Shown: positions 1 through 12,369, counted from the first letter of the stretch. The stretch: DNA of 64,000 bases from Eledone cirrhosa (GCA_964016885.1 OZ024764.1:19282001-19346000); one strand, 5' to 3'. Notes: a model not told the origin generated them from the letters alone. Numbers and translations are program-made.

Positions 1-399
1 GCCAGGACAGCTAAGTACGCTGAAAGAGATCACCAGGTATCTCGTTAAGATCGGGTCATATGGAGGCTAAACCGCCAGAACAGCTAAGTACCCTCACAAG
101 AGTCATCGGGTATCTCAGTAAAGCCAGCCGCCAACAGTGACAACAACTTCATTGTCAGCAGCCCAGCTTCTCAAACATCACAGACTGGAATAAATACTTT
201 GCCGATAATTACTGGTAGTTTAGCTTTTATTTCGTTCGTCTACGGAAGCAGTGACCCTCACTTTTACTACAGCATGTAGGATGTGGGAGGGAGACAAAAA
301 CATCACTAATGTGACAATTAGTTTTGAAAATACATATACAAGATACAAGATAAATGACTAGACTGAAATATATTTGATAGGGAATAAAGAGTAGAATAT

Positions 400-575
400 T
401 CTAGTCTGTGGTGTTGGAGAAGTTTGGAGGAGATAGGTCCCTGACAACGAGGTTCTTGTTATCGTTGGCAGCTCTCCTTACCGAGGTGTCAGGTGATACA
501 TATGAGGGTGTTTGGTAGTTCCAACATCTTAGCCTTGCTATCACTCGAGGTAAGACTGTCTCAGAAAGTATTAGA
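400..575 (+). mobile_element. CRE 3'-end (RLE C-terminus) fragment (copies 15061-15235, 30172-30346, 48828-49002)
   Basis: + strand reads SVVLEKFGGDRSLTTRFLLSLAALLTEVSGD..EGVW*FQHLSLAITRG, aligning to the CRE C-terminus at 43715-43900. Confidence 0.78.
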
Positions 576-959
576 GGGAGACTCCGGCACCCCATGTGAT
601 GTGAGACTGATTGACAGAGTGTTGACTTAATATTTTCATTTGTTGTGATTCTATGTGAAATATGTCTCCATGTAAGTAACTTGGTTACGTGAATCATTGT
701 GAATCTCGTAAATACTTAAACAGAAATCTACTTAGGACACAAAATAAAGCAGATTCCATTGAACAAAGTATTTAAAGGACGTATATCAAAAAGAAGGGGG
801 CGATGTAACGAGAGTTGTCTCCCCTTACATATGTTTTATGTTTTACTGTAGTAAAGATGTTTTCAAACAAACACGTGTACAAAATCCTATTGTGTTAAAA
901 GTAATAATTACGTATGAAACAAATTATTCATTAAAGTAATTAGCAAATACGTTTTTATA

Positions 960-1335
960 TATGGTGTCTCGCAGGGAGACCCACTCGCCTCACTCCTATT
1001 GGTGCTGACAGTTGACAACATGGTCTAGTTACCCCTGTCTGGTACCTAGATGACACAACCCTTAGTGGCCCGGCTGTGACAGGTTAAGGCCTCTCTATAC
1101 CCCAGTATATTACAGTCCAACATAACTGGGATGACATCAATTGTAGGTCTCTTCACACCAGTCACCTTCGAGACCTCAGAAGTACTTGGACCCCGTACTG
1201 CCAAGCTCCTCTGTAAGATCAGAACGTTGGTGGCCCTTCTGAAGAGGGAGTCCCATGAGGTTGGGGTGGCTGTTGCAGTGGGTGTCACTGTCCATCGTCC
1301 GGGGCGAATACTTTTGCAATCTTATCCACAGGGCG
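960..1335 (+). mobile_element. Internally deleted CRE-like retrotransposon of a different subfamily (copies ~16000-16375, ~31110-31485)
   Basis: Translates GVSQGDPLASLL..VWYLDDTTLSGP (RT) joined to FTPVTFETSEVLGP..WLLQWVSLSIVRG (RLE C-terminus). Confidence 0.72.
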
Positions 1336-1527
1336 CAGCACTTCTGCCCCCTTGACCTAGACCCAAAGCTCAATTATTTGCTTGTTGCTGTGAGGACTTT
1401 CGTATTTAGTTCTTTTATGACCCTTCTTTGAAATGTAGTCTTTGTCTCATGTGGTGACCTCCTGGTAGTTAATGTAGCAGAAGACACTGAAGGACATGCT
1501 GCCCTCCCTAGTGTTGGTAACCTACAT

Positions 1528-2889
1528 CAGACATGTCAAACATGCGGCCCTTTGCAAGCAAACCTGCGGCCCACGCAAAGGTTTTTACAGTGCGAGCATG
1601 TTTCATTTTCGTAATATAAAATTTAAAACATTTTCAATACAATTATTTTTTTGTGCAATTTTTGTCAACTACTTTTAACTGCCATTAATCACGTGCAGCT
1701 CATTAACAGAAAACTTTCTTTCAAAATTTCAAAAGTTTTTGTTTTTGAAATGGTTAGTGCTCCTCCAGCTAAGAGAAAAAGGAAACTGAACGAAGAAGGG
1801 CAAGTGTTTCAAGAAAAGTGGGAATTACAGTATTTTTGCTCAACGCTGAACAGAAAGATACACTGTTTAATTTGCAACAACTACATCGCCACACCAAAAG
1901 AGTACAATTTAAAAAGACATTATGAAACAAACCCTCGATCTTACGATAAATATGAAGGCCCAATGTGTGTTTCAAGACTCAAGGAAATGAAGGTTAACTT
2001 GACACAGCAACAGACATGTTTTATGTTAATTCAGGAAGAGGATGTCACTTCCGTTACTGCAAGCTATGAACTCAGTCGAATGATTGCCATGAGTGGGAAA
2101 TCTTAACAGTAAAGGAGATTTTGTAAAGCAATGTCTTGTAAAAACAGCTGAAACTGTCCGGAGAAAGCAGAGTTATTCAAAGACATTTCATTAACCAGGA
2201 ACACTGTTGCTGAACAGATTAATGAAATGTCAGGTGATCTGAAACAACAGTTAAAGGCTGTATCATCAAGGTTTGAACATGTTTCTATTGCTATTGAAGA
2301 GACTGTTGACATCACTGGAATAGTACAGCTTGCATTCTTCATCAGGGCCTGTGACAGTGAATTTAATATTCATGAAGAACTGATTGAACTGGTCCCCATG
2401 CATGACACTATAACAAGCCAGGACATCTTTGAGAAGGTCAAGCAGGGTCTGCATGGTTTTGATCTGAGTAAACTTGCATGTTTATCTACTGACAGTGCTG
2501 CAAATATGGTTGGTAGACATAATGGTGTTGCTGCAAAGTTACAAACAAAAATAGAAAACTCATATCTAGATTCATCATTTTCACATTTTCACTGTATTAT
2601 TCATCAGCAAAATTTATGTTCAAAGATTTTAAAATTGCATCATGTGCTTAGCTTGGTCACAAAGACAGTGAACTAAATCAGAGGCCATGCTCTCAACCAC
2701 CAGATAATCAGTTCACCGATGTTCCATTCTACACAGAAGATCTAAATTTAAGTAACAAATCTTTCTGCAATATATTTTATTAAATGACTTTAATTAGTTG
2801 TTGTGTACATAATTAGTTGCACTGTGCAACCCTCAGACAACACATGTGACCTATGTGGCCCTTAGGGAACCCTCAGTTTGTTATGCCTC
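1528..2889 (+). mobile_element. hAT (Charlie/SPIN-like, GTF2IRD2/EPM2AIP1-type transposase) DNA transposon, internally deleted, inactive
   Basis: Termini CAGACATGTCAAAC / GTTTGTTATGCCTC; 8-bp TSD ACCTACAT at 1520 and 2890; BED-like CLIC..NLKRH, S-I-A-I-(D/E)-E-T-V-D and HCIIH motifs. Confidence 0.88.
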
Positions 2890-3504
2890 ACCTACATGAT
2901 AAACACACCCAACACAGGCTGTAATGTGGTTGGTCATGTGAAGGACATCTAGCCATAGAAAGCTTGCCCGACAATAGTGTTGGAGAACCCTTCAATCATG
3001 ACAAAAGCATGACAACCTTTTCTGTGCACTCAGTAGCAAATGAGACCTTATGTAAATAAGTCTCAGATCCTTGGTCTGTCTAGAGATCAGTAGCCTCACT
3101 TCAGTACTTACTTGGTTGAAGTAGACTCATTAAACCCTTGCTAGCAGGGAAATCCTGTCAGAAGTAACCCACCCCAACTGATCTGGCTGGATCTCCCAGA
3201 GAGACCAGCCAAGCTCATGGAAGTTATGTGACCATCTTGCTCCAGTGTACCCCTGGGTCTCCTGCAGGTTAGTTTTGCCTGTAAAATCTATCCAGTGATT
3301 CGTTCCTTAAAAGACCCTTCAGACGAATCCCATATCTGCCACTTGTATTCGCAATCATATTCTTTTGGTCATTACCCAAGATATGTGACCATAGGTAAGG
3401 GTTGGCACAAAAACTTAATTGAAGACAGCAAGTTTGGCTTTTATGCCTACCTCCCTTCTTCTGATTACTGAATATTGGAACTGGTGCATTACTGATATTT
3501 CACT

Positions 3505-4105
3505 GCCCACACTGCAAAGTGGTTGGGTAGGATATATGACAAAAAGCACCCAACCCACACTGTAAAGAACACACAGTCAACATTATAAGGTGGTCATGTA
3601 GGTGATATGACAAAAAGAAACCAGCCCACACTGCAAAGAACACACAGCCAACACTATAAGGCGGTCATGTAGGTGATATGACAAAAAGAAACCAGCCCAC
3701 ACTGTAAAGCGGTTGCGTAGGTGTCACAGCAAAAGCACCCAGCCCACACTGTAAAGTGGTCATGTAGGTGAAAACAAAAAGAACCCAGCCAAAACTTTAA
3801 AGTGGTCGTGTAGGTATCACAACAAAAAGCACCCAGTCCACACTATAAAGTGGTCATATAGGTGTCACAACAAAAAGCACCCAGCCCACAGTATAAAGTG
3901 GTCGTGATGGTGAGATGGTAAAATGCATCCAGTACTCAATGTAAATAAGGTTGGTGCTAGGAAGGGCATCCAGCTGTAGAAACCAATCCAAAGTTTGTTC
4001 TGTAGGAGCCAGACATGGTCACCTGACCTGGCCTTGCTTACAACAGGATAACTCGTCTAACCCATGCCAGCGTGAAAAAACTGTTGTTAAACAGTGATGA
4101 TGATA
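3505..4105 (+). mobile_element. RTE-3'UTR/SINE-type element with ~48-bp internal tandem repeats (copies 18544-19144, 34540-35000, 51645-52215)
   Basis: Repeats AAAAAGCACCCAGCCCACACTGTAAAGTGGTCATGTAGGTG, then AGGAAGGGCATCCAGCTGTAGAAACC..CCCATGCCAGC..GATGATGAT. Confidence 0.75.
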
Positions 4106-4530
4106 TAACATTTGTTTAATAATGAATTCCAATCTCATTGTTAACAGCTATAGATGTCAGGATGTGAACCTTCTTACTGAAATATCTTCTCCATGTTAGT
4201 GGCTGAAGAAGATTTAGAAAACTTTCACACAATAACCGTATTCCCTAACTTCTCCCCTAAAAAATACAAGACAAGCAGGGCCAGACTTTTACCTACTGAA
4301 GCCCTAAGCTATATGAAATTAGAGGTTCTTCTCTAAAAATATATAATTATCTTTTATATTAATGTTAATGATAAAGAATAAATAATATAATAAATATACC
4401 ACCATAGGTGCTGAGGTGGCTAGCTGCTGGTGTGAGCCTCACGAGATGGAATGGCTCTTCCAGCACATCTAGAACAACATGACCCTCTAATATCTAAATG
4501 ATTTTTAATAGTTAAAATATACACATACGT

Positions 4531-4561
<31 letters not shown>

Positions 4562-4859
4562 ATTAAACAACACCACCAGCTCTCTCTCTCTCTCTCTCTT
4601 CCATCTGTCTCCTCACTCTCACAACCACTATCTCTTTCTCTCCCTATATATATCAAGGTACCCAGAAAACCCCGTATCTTGGGAACCTATGCTCCAATTT
4701 ATACAAAAATTGTTTTATTCTTTTCAAAGTATTTCCCCATTATGCACTGTTTTAGCTGTATTAAATTAGACAAGACACAATTACAGAGTTTTAGTAGTAT
4801 ATAGATAATATAGCTTCAAATTAAAGTTAGTAAACGACAGTTTGGAGAAATCTGTAACA

Positions 4860-5301
4860 TTTATTAAACATTGTTCAAGTTTGTCAATTCTATAGCACAA
4901 TAGTTTGTTAATTAAAATGTTTCGTTAGATGTTCTACATATAAAGAAGAGAGAATACTTTACCACAAATATTACAGTGGTATAATGATTTTCCCATCTCT
5001 TCTGGAAAATATTCCTATGTTGATGTAAATATTTCTATTGTTCATAATTTTACCAAATGTGATCTTTGTCAATATCCAAATACTTTGAAAACTCCTTTGT
5101 AAATATCCAAAGTTCAATCAGAATGTAAAATCATCTTGTAAATATTCCAAACAGTGAAAAAGGAATATGTTGTTATTTATCTCAATTCAGAAGAAATATT
5201 TCACCATAATTCACCACAGACTAAACAAGTTTATATCACTTGTATGTAATATCTTTCTGTTGTCTTTAAAAGACTCTTTTCTGTTAAGGTCATGTGATAT
5301 T
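4860..5301 (-). other. Putative terminal non-coding exon of gene 1 (paralogues 19899-20340, 36131-36568, 53021-53462)
   Basis: Acceptor TTTCTCTCCTATTTCAG| at 5302, upstream donor CAG|GTAAGA at 6681/6680, AATAAA at 4860-4865; all present in four units. Confidence 0.55.
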
Positions 5302-5599
5302 CTGAAATAGGAGAGAAACATTATTAAGATATTTAGAAAATAGAGATACAACAGTGAAAACTTTACTACATCTCTATATTAATAGATATAAACCTTACAT
5401 GGTGACACAACCACTGCAACACTAACTTACAGGAAAACATCTAGTTACTTGATCTAGTTACTTCAATCAGGTGAAGAGATAAACTAGATTGACTTCATTC
5501 TCATCAGAAAACAGGATAGACAGATGGTTGGGAATATTAACTCCTTTACTGGAGAAGGACGTACCACTCAACATAGACTAGATACTAGGTGTAAGGTCT

Positions 5600-6150
5600 A
5601 GAGGGACTGACAGATACAAGACTATCTGGAGAAAGAAGGGTTGGAGAGTAAAAGATCTCCCTGTTAAATATAAGATCTACAGGGATTGTGAGGGAGGTAC
5701 AAGACAACCTAGAAAAAGGGTTGGAGAGTAAACGATCTCCCTGTTAAATATAAGATCTAGAAATACTGTGAAAGAGATACAAGACAATCTAGAGAAAAGG
5801 GTAGGGACAGTAAAAGATCTCCCTGTTAAATATAAGATCTAGAGGGATACCTAGAGAAAAGGGTAGGGATAGTAAAAGATCTCCCTGTTAAATATAAGAT
5901 CTAGAGGGACTGTGAGAGAGGTACAAGACAACCTAGAGAAAAGGGTAGGGATAGTAAAAGATCTCCCTGTTAAATATAAGATCTAGAGGTACTGTGAGAG
6001 AGTTACAAGACAACCTAGAGAAAAGGGTAGAGACAGTAAAAGATCTCCCTGTTAAATATAAGATCTAGAGGAACTATGAGAGAGGTACAAGACAACCTAG
6101 AGAAAAGGGTAGGGACAGTAAAAGATCTCCCTGTTAAATATAAATTCAGA
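5600..6150 (+). repeat. 82-bp minisatellite inside an RTE endonuclease remnant, in the 3'UTR intron (copies 20639-21189, 36860-37470, 53755-54005)
   Basis: Unit AAAGATCTCCCTGTTAAATATAAGATCTAGAGGGACTGTGAGAGAGGTACAAGACAACCTAGAGAAAAGGGTAGGGATAGTA; copy number varies (~3-7). Confidence 0.85.
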
Positions 6151-6887
6151 GATGTTCTACATGATACATATAATAAGGAGGAGGATATTGATAGCTCTGA
6201 TCCGTACTTGATGTAAGCTGCCAGCCAGATGAATGATGCCTTGGTGATGGAATAGTACAGTATATAGAAGCCGACCTTACCCAATTACGCCTCTCAAAAG
6301 CAATGACACACGACCGTGACCTCTGGCGTCACGCAGTAATACAGAGTACCCGACCTCCCATGGGTACAAGCTGAAGCATATAGACAATATGCCCCCACCG
6401 CAAAAAAACACCCAGAAGTTAAAATCTAAAAGACCTGAAGAGACAGGAGGGGAACAACAATATCAAATAGTTAAAATGGAAGCTAGATATTGGGCTTACA
6501 AGTTATTGATTTCTGTTGTTATTGTTAAAATCTGTTTAATCTGTGATATTTGAGACAATGTACAGGACAGTAGAATTAATATCAATGTCTGACTAGCAAC
6601 AACAAAAGTTTTCATTTTATCGGCAGGTTTAAATTACAGAAGTTCCCAACCTTTACTAAAAATACAAATATATATCTTACCTGTTAAAGTATAATAAATC
6701 AAAGTTTAATGTGAAAAACTTTAATTTACACAAAATCTTCAAACCCTGCTTCAAAAATGGAAACCTGGTGTTTATGATCCCTGTCATAGGTAAAACCTAC
6801 AAGGTTAACCCCAGTTTTAGCCAGGATGATGGATCTACATATTGGTTGTTGTTGTAGTATGATGTAATGAGTTTGATATTGACACAG

Positions 6888-8003
6888 CTAAACTTCTGTA
6901 TGAATACGCACATGCTTGGTTAAGTTACTACGGGGAGAGAATGATTTACCACAGATGTCACAGTGATATGGCTTCTCTCCTGTATGAGTACGTTTGTGAG
7001 TAGTTAGGTTATGACTACAAGTGAATGATTTACCACAGATATCACAGTGATATGGCTTCTCTCCTGTATGAGTACGTTTGTGGGTAGTTAAGGTATTACC
7101 CTGACTGAATGATTTACCACAGATATCACAGTGATGTGGCTTCTCTCCTGTATGAATTTGTTTGTGAACTCTGACGCTACTACTGTGACTGAATGATTTA
7201 CCACAGATATCACAGTGATATGGCTTCTCTCCTGTATGAATACGTTTGTGAGTAGTTAGATGATTACTCTGAGAGAATGATTTACCACAGATATCACAAT
7301 GATATGGGTTCTCTCCTGTATGAATACGTTTGTGAGTAGTTAGGTTATTATTTTTAGAGAACGTTTTACCACAGATATCACAGTGATATGGGTTCTCTCC
7401 TGTATGAATACGTTTGTGAGTAGTTAGGTGATGACTACAAGTGAATGATTTACCACAGATATCACAATGATATGGGTTCTCTCCTGTATGAATACGTTTG
7501 TGAGTAGTTAGGCTATTATTTTTAGAGAACGTTTTACCACAGATATCACAGTGATATGGTTTCTCTCCTGTATGAATACGTTTGTGATTAGTTAAGGTAT
7601 TATTGTGACTGAATGATTTACCACAGATGTCACAGTGATATGGCTTCTCTTCTGTATGAATACGTTTGTGAACTCTGACGCTACTACTGTCACTGAATGA
7701 TTTATCACAGATATCACATTGATATGGCTTCTCTCCTGTATGAATACGTTGGTGTTTAAGGAAGCTACTTCTGCCAGGGAATGATTTACTACAGATGTCA
7801 CAGTGATATGGCTTCTCTCCTGTACCAATACACTTATGAATAGTTAAGGTATAAGTTTGAGAAAATGATTTACCACAGATATCACAGTGATATGGCAACT
7901 CTTCCGTATGATTTAGTTTGTGTCTAGTTAATTTATTATTTTTAGAGAATGATTTACCACAGATATCACAGTGGAATGGTGATTTTACTATATTTTTCGA
8001 CAT
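6888..8003 (-). CDS. C2H2 zinc-finger protein, 371 aa, 13 tandem fingers (finger 2 degenerate), no effector domain (gene 1)
   Basis: ORF of repeated CDICxKxFxxxxxLxxHxxxH-TGEKPY 28-aa units after an 11-aa leader MSKNIVKSPFH. Confidence 0.93.
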   Translation of the reverse strand: MSKNIVKSPFHCDICGKSFSKNNKLTRHKLNHTEELPYHCDICGKSFSQTYTLTIHKCIGTGEKPYHCDICSKSFPGRSSFLKHQRIHTGEKPYQCDICDKSFSDSSSVRVHKRIHTEEKPYHCDICGKSFSHNNTLTNHKRIHTGEKPYHCDICGKTFSKNNSLTTHKRIHTGENPYHCDICGKSFTCSHHLTTHKRIHTGENPYHCDICGKTFSKNNNLTTHKRIHTGENPYHCDICGKSFSQSNHLTTHKRIHTGEKPYHCDICGKSFSHSSSVRVHKQIHTGEKPHHCDICGKSFSQGNTLTTHKRTHTGEKPYHCDICGKSFTCSHNLTTHKRTHTGEKPYHCDICGKSFSPRSNLTKHVRIHTEV

Positions 8004-9382
8004 ATCTCATAAAAGATATCAATCACCTCAGTTTCTCACATAATTCACAGTTTTAATATTTTTCTCCTCTCAATATATGGATAGTTTTCTTCTTTATGTT
8101 TATAATATTATTCTTAAAACATATTCGTCCAGATATATTTTTATCAACTTTGGTCTTTCTTTATATTTAAAGATGATACAAACTGTTTTGTAGATCTCTT
8201 CAAGTTTAATATACATATAAAATCATCTTGTACATATTCCAGACAGTGAAGAATCTAATTTTTCTGGTTTTTATTTGATTAGTTATTCCTGTAATAATGG
8301 AAATATTTCTACTCCTGTAGTTCCATCAACTATCATCTTTGTCAATATATGAAGATCTTACAAAATCATGTGTAAATTTCTTCAGCTTTATTTTGTATCT
8401 TCTACATATTCCAGACAGCAAAGAATAGAAGTGTTATTGAGTTTACAAGAAATATTTCCCAGTATTTCTCCCATAGATTTATATAAACAAGGTTGTGTCT
8501 GTTCTGTATAACAGCTTCCTTTAGTCTTTAAATAATGGTGTTGATGAAACAACTGATATAAAAGTGTTTTATCCTTTTCATACCAGTCTTTATATTTATC
8601 TAAAAACTTTCCATTATAACTTCATGAAATTGTACAAAGTTATGTTCCAAATAGCAGCTTAATACTGAGAAATTTAGTTATATTACTAAATCCCTTGAAA
8701 GTGTTGAGTGTTTTCAAAATTATTTGAAAATGATGGGTAGTGTCTTTCATTAGAAATGATTAATATTGAGGATATGTCTGATGTAACGTGCTCTTTAATG
8801 CCAATGTCCTCTGGTATTCTGAAATAATAAAAGAACATTATAAGATTCTCAGAAACTTGTAATACATCAGTACAAATTTCATATAATATTTCTATATTGA
8901 TAAATGGACTGTAATAAATACTAAGGCCTTCTTTGGTGAAGAATGTGCTGACTAACATAGGTTATTTATTAGTGGCAGTAGATTATACTGACTGATAAAA
9001 GTAGTTATTAGTGGCATTAGATTATACTGACTGATAAAAGTAGTTATTAGTGACATTAGATTATACTGACTGATAAAAGTAGTTATTAGTGACATTAGAT
9101 TATACTGACTGATAAAAGTAGTTATTAGTGACATTAGATTATACTGACTGATAAAAGTAGTTATTAGTGATATCAGATTAACCCTTTAGTATTCACATTA
9201 CTCTATATTTACTATTATATTTTCACAGTAAATGCTTTATCTCACATAATATCAAATCTATGAGATTTTGATGTTACTTATTTTGAGAACAATACCTTAA
9301 CATAAGTATAAGTGACCAGTTACGGCCAGTTTGAACAGAAAGATGTGGGAGAATTCTGGCCAGATATGGCCAGTTTATAGAA

Positions 9383-11650
9383 ATTAGGTGTAGAAGAATG
9401 GCTTGTGAGAAGCTGTCAGTAAAGTGTGTCTAGTGAGGAATTGAAGGTACAGGTAGGAGTTCATCATGGTTTAGTTCTTAGCCCACTGTTGTTCATCATA
9501 GTTCTCCAAGCCATAACAGAGAGGTTTAAGACTGGCTGTCTATGGAAACTTCTCTATGTAGATGACCAGCTATAGATATAGAATTTGAAATGGTAAGTTC
9601 TGAGAATATACTTAGCCAAAACTAAAGTGGTAATGGATAGGAGAGAAGACCCTGACCCCTTCAGGAAAGTGGCCCTGCTCCATATGTAGAAAAGGAATAA
9701 GTAGAGATAACCACAATGACAGAGGTCAAAGATCTAGTTATAATAGCAGGGGACTTCAATGGTCATGTTGGACAGCTCCAGGATGGATACACTGGGGTAC
9801 ATGGTGGTCATGGTTATGGCTCAAGAAATGAAGAAGGAATGAGGCTTCTTGTATTTTGTGATGTAAGTGAACTAACCATTTGCAACACTTCAAGAAACCT
9901 ACCAACCACCTAATAACCTACCAATCAGGTGAGCACATGAGACAGATTTACTTCTTGCTAGTTAGGGAGTAAGACAGATAGATGGTGTCAAATACTAAGG
10001 CATACCCCAGGGAACAATGTAACCCCCCAACATAGGTTAGTCGTTAGTGACATCTCAGTAAGCAAGAGACAAAGAGAGACATACAAGAAGGTGTGAAAAA
10101 GGAAGGTCTAGAAATTAAAAGACCTTTCACTAAAATATAAATTTAGGCGCGCCCTTCAAGATGTGTATGATGAAAAAGAAGACGTTTTAGCGTCGTATGA
10201 CATAGATGACAACTGGAATTTCTTACGTGACAGTAGACCCGACAGAAGGACCAGCTATTGAGATTGACGACTATAGGGTCCAAGAGGTAATTAAGGAAAG
10301 GAAAAATTGAGGTCTGCTGGACTGTTGGGGATAGTTGCTGAGATGCTAAAGGCATCAGGGGATGTAGGAAGTAAACTGGTTGCATGCATCATTAATCAAG
10401 CTATATATGGTGGTGTCATACCCAAAGACTGGTGCAGCAGTATTCTCATAAATTGAGGTAAAGGTAAAGGGGATGTTCTGGAGAGGAGTAATTATATGGG
10501 CATAAAACTGATGGATCAGGTTATGAAAGTGACAGAAAGAATACTAGCGCAACTTAGAGAAAGGGTCAAACAGATGCCCTCTTCTTAGTGAGACAACTAC
10601 TAGAGAGGTTCTTAGAGAAGAATAAACTACTATACTTAGCTTTTGTTCACCTAGAAAAGGCCTTTGATAGAGTACCCCAATCTGTCATCTGGTGGTCCCT
10701 AAGGAAACTAGGTGTAGAGGAATAGTTTGTGAGGACAATGCAAGCTATGTACAGAGGTGGTGTCAGTAAAGTGAGGGTAGGAATGGAGTTTAATAAGGAA
10801 TTCCAGATACAAGTAGGAGTACATCAGGGTCGGTCCTCAGCCCGCCCTTGTTCATTATAGGCCTCCAAGCCATAAAAGAGGAGTTTAAGACTGGCTGCCC
10901 ATGGGAACTTCTCTAGGCTGACGATGTGGTTCTTATAGCAGAATCAGTAGAGGAGCTAGAGCATAAATTCTGGCTATGGAAACAGCAGTTGGAAGCAAGA
11001 GGACCGAGAGTGAACCTAGCTAAGACAAAAGTGTTGATGAGTAGAAAAGAGGACAAAACTCTCATTCCATCAGGGAAATGGCCTTTTTCAATATGTAGAA
11101 AAGGAACTGGCATAAATTCTATAATGTACACAATGCAGATTTTGGGTACACAAGAAATGTAGTGGGATAGCAGGCAAACTAACAGGTAGGGAAAACTACA
11201 TATGCAGTAGAGGTACAGGGAAATTTGACAGTAGAAGTCACATTGATAGACACATTTTTCAAATGCAGATAGGTTCTATAGAAGTGGTTGATAGCTTCCG
11301 GTATCTAGGTGATCAAATTAGCATGGGAGGAGGGTGCTCAGAGGCCATAGTATCTAGAATAAGGACGGGTTGGAAGACGTTTAGGGAGCTGCTTGCTCTG
11401 TTGACAAAGAAGGGTTTCTCCCTAAGAACGAATGGCTGATGATGCCTGCGTGAGATGTGTGATGCTGCACGGTAGTGAGACATGGACAGTAACTGTGGAG
11501 GATATGCGATGGCTGGAGAGAAATGAAACAAGTATGCTCCGTTGGATGTGCAATGTCAATGTGCATCAACGACCAAGCATAGATGAGTTGAGAGAGAATG
11601 CACAACATGGCCATACCAGTGCATGTGTCTCCTGTGAAACACATCCTTGA
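9383..11650 (+). mobile_element. Decayed RTE-clade LINE, composite (copy 24422-26689; truncated at 42200-42822 and 58519-59141)
   Basis: APE motif IIAGDFNGHVG; RT motifs FVHLEKAFDRVP and GVHQG; MLHGSETW..MLRWMC. Confidence 0.85.
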
Positions 11651-11654
11651 GGTT

Positions 11655-12005
11655 GTCGATCAGCAGTTTTTTTAGGAGCTCAGTTGAGCTGACATCATCC
11701 TCAATGGTCACACTACACATCCAGTGGATCATAGCTCTGTCATTTCTTCAGAGTCAATTCAGACAGTCAGATAACATGGCCCAGGTCTCGCTGGCATGAA
11801 ACAACACACTTCTCCCACAGGTGTTATAAATCTGCCCCATGGTGTCTAATGGTAGCCAGCATGTCTTGAGGATTAGGAGAAGCTGCCTAAACTTGTTACC
11901 TGTGGAGTGGCACAGCACAATGGCAGTGAACTTGGCTCCACTTCCAGCTGACATCTCACACAGGTAGCAGAAAGATGTCACCACATCCAGCTTGTCCTCA
12001 CCAAC
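11655..12005 (-). mobile_element. Inverted RTE LINE fragment (copy 26694-27044)
   Basis: VTSFCYL..KFRQLL..GRSVLFHASETW on the minus strand. Confidence 0.72.
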
Positions 12006-12032
12006 AGGCCTCTAGTTATAAAGGTTATCATT

Positions 12033-12320
12033 GACCAACACTGACACCCCTCAGGGTAGACTGAACCAACACTTACACCCCCAGGGGTGGACTGAACCAA
12101 CACTAACACCCCCCAGGGTGGACTGAACCAACACTAACATCCCCCAGGGTGTACTGAACGAACACTAACACCCCCCAGAGTGGACTGAACCAACACTAAC
12201 ACCCCCCAGAGTGGACTGAACCAACACTAACACCCCCAGAGTGGACTGATCCAACACTAACATCCCCCAGGGTAGACTGAACCAACACTTACACACCCCA
12301 GCGTGGACTGAACCAACATT
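12033..12320. repeat. ~31-bp minisatellite, ~9 units (copy 27072-27359)
   Basis: GTGGACTGAACCAACACTAACACCCCCCAGA repeats. Confidence 0.9.
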
Positions 12321-12369
12321 TACCACAGGTCTATAAATAACTGTATTACCCTATCATGATACTATAACA

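Noticed and set aside
1651-2676. Domesticated GTF2IRD2/EPM2AIP1-like host gene
   Set aside because: Bounded by TIRs and an 8-bp TSD with stops, frameshifts and deletions: a dead hAT transposon
7592-7828. Alternative-frame ORF within the ZNF exon
   Set aside because: Shadow frame of the 84-bp finger repeat
8686-8958. 90-aa ORF open in all four units
   Set aside because: No recognisable domain, spans a predicted splice acceptor, several amino-acid changes; persistence is explainable by recent duplication
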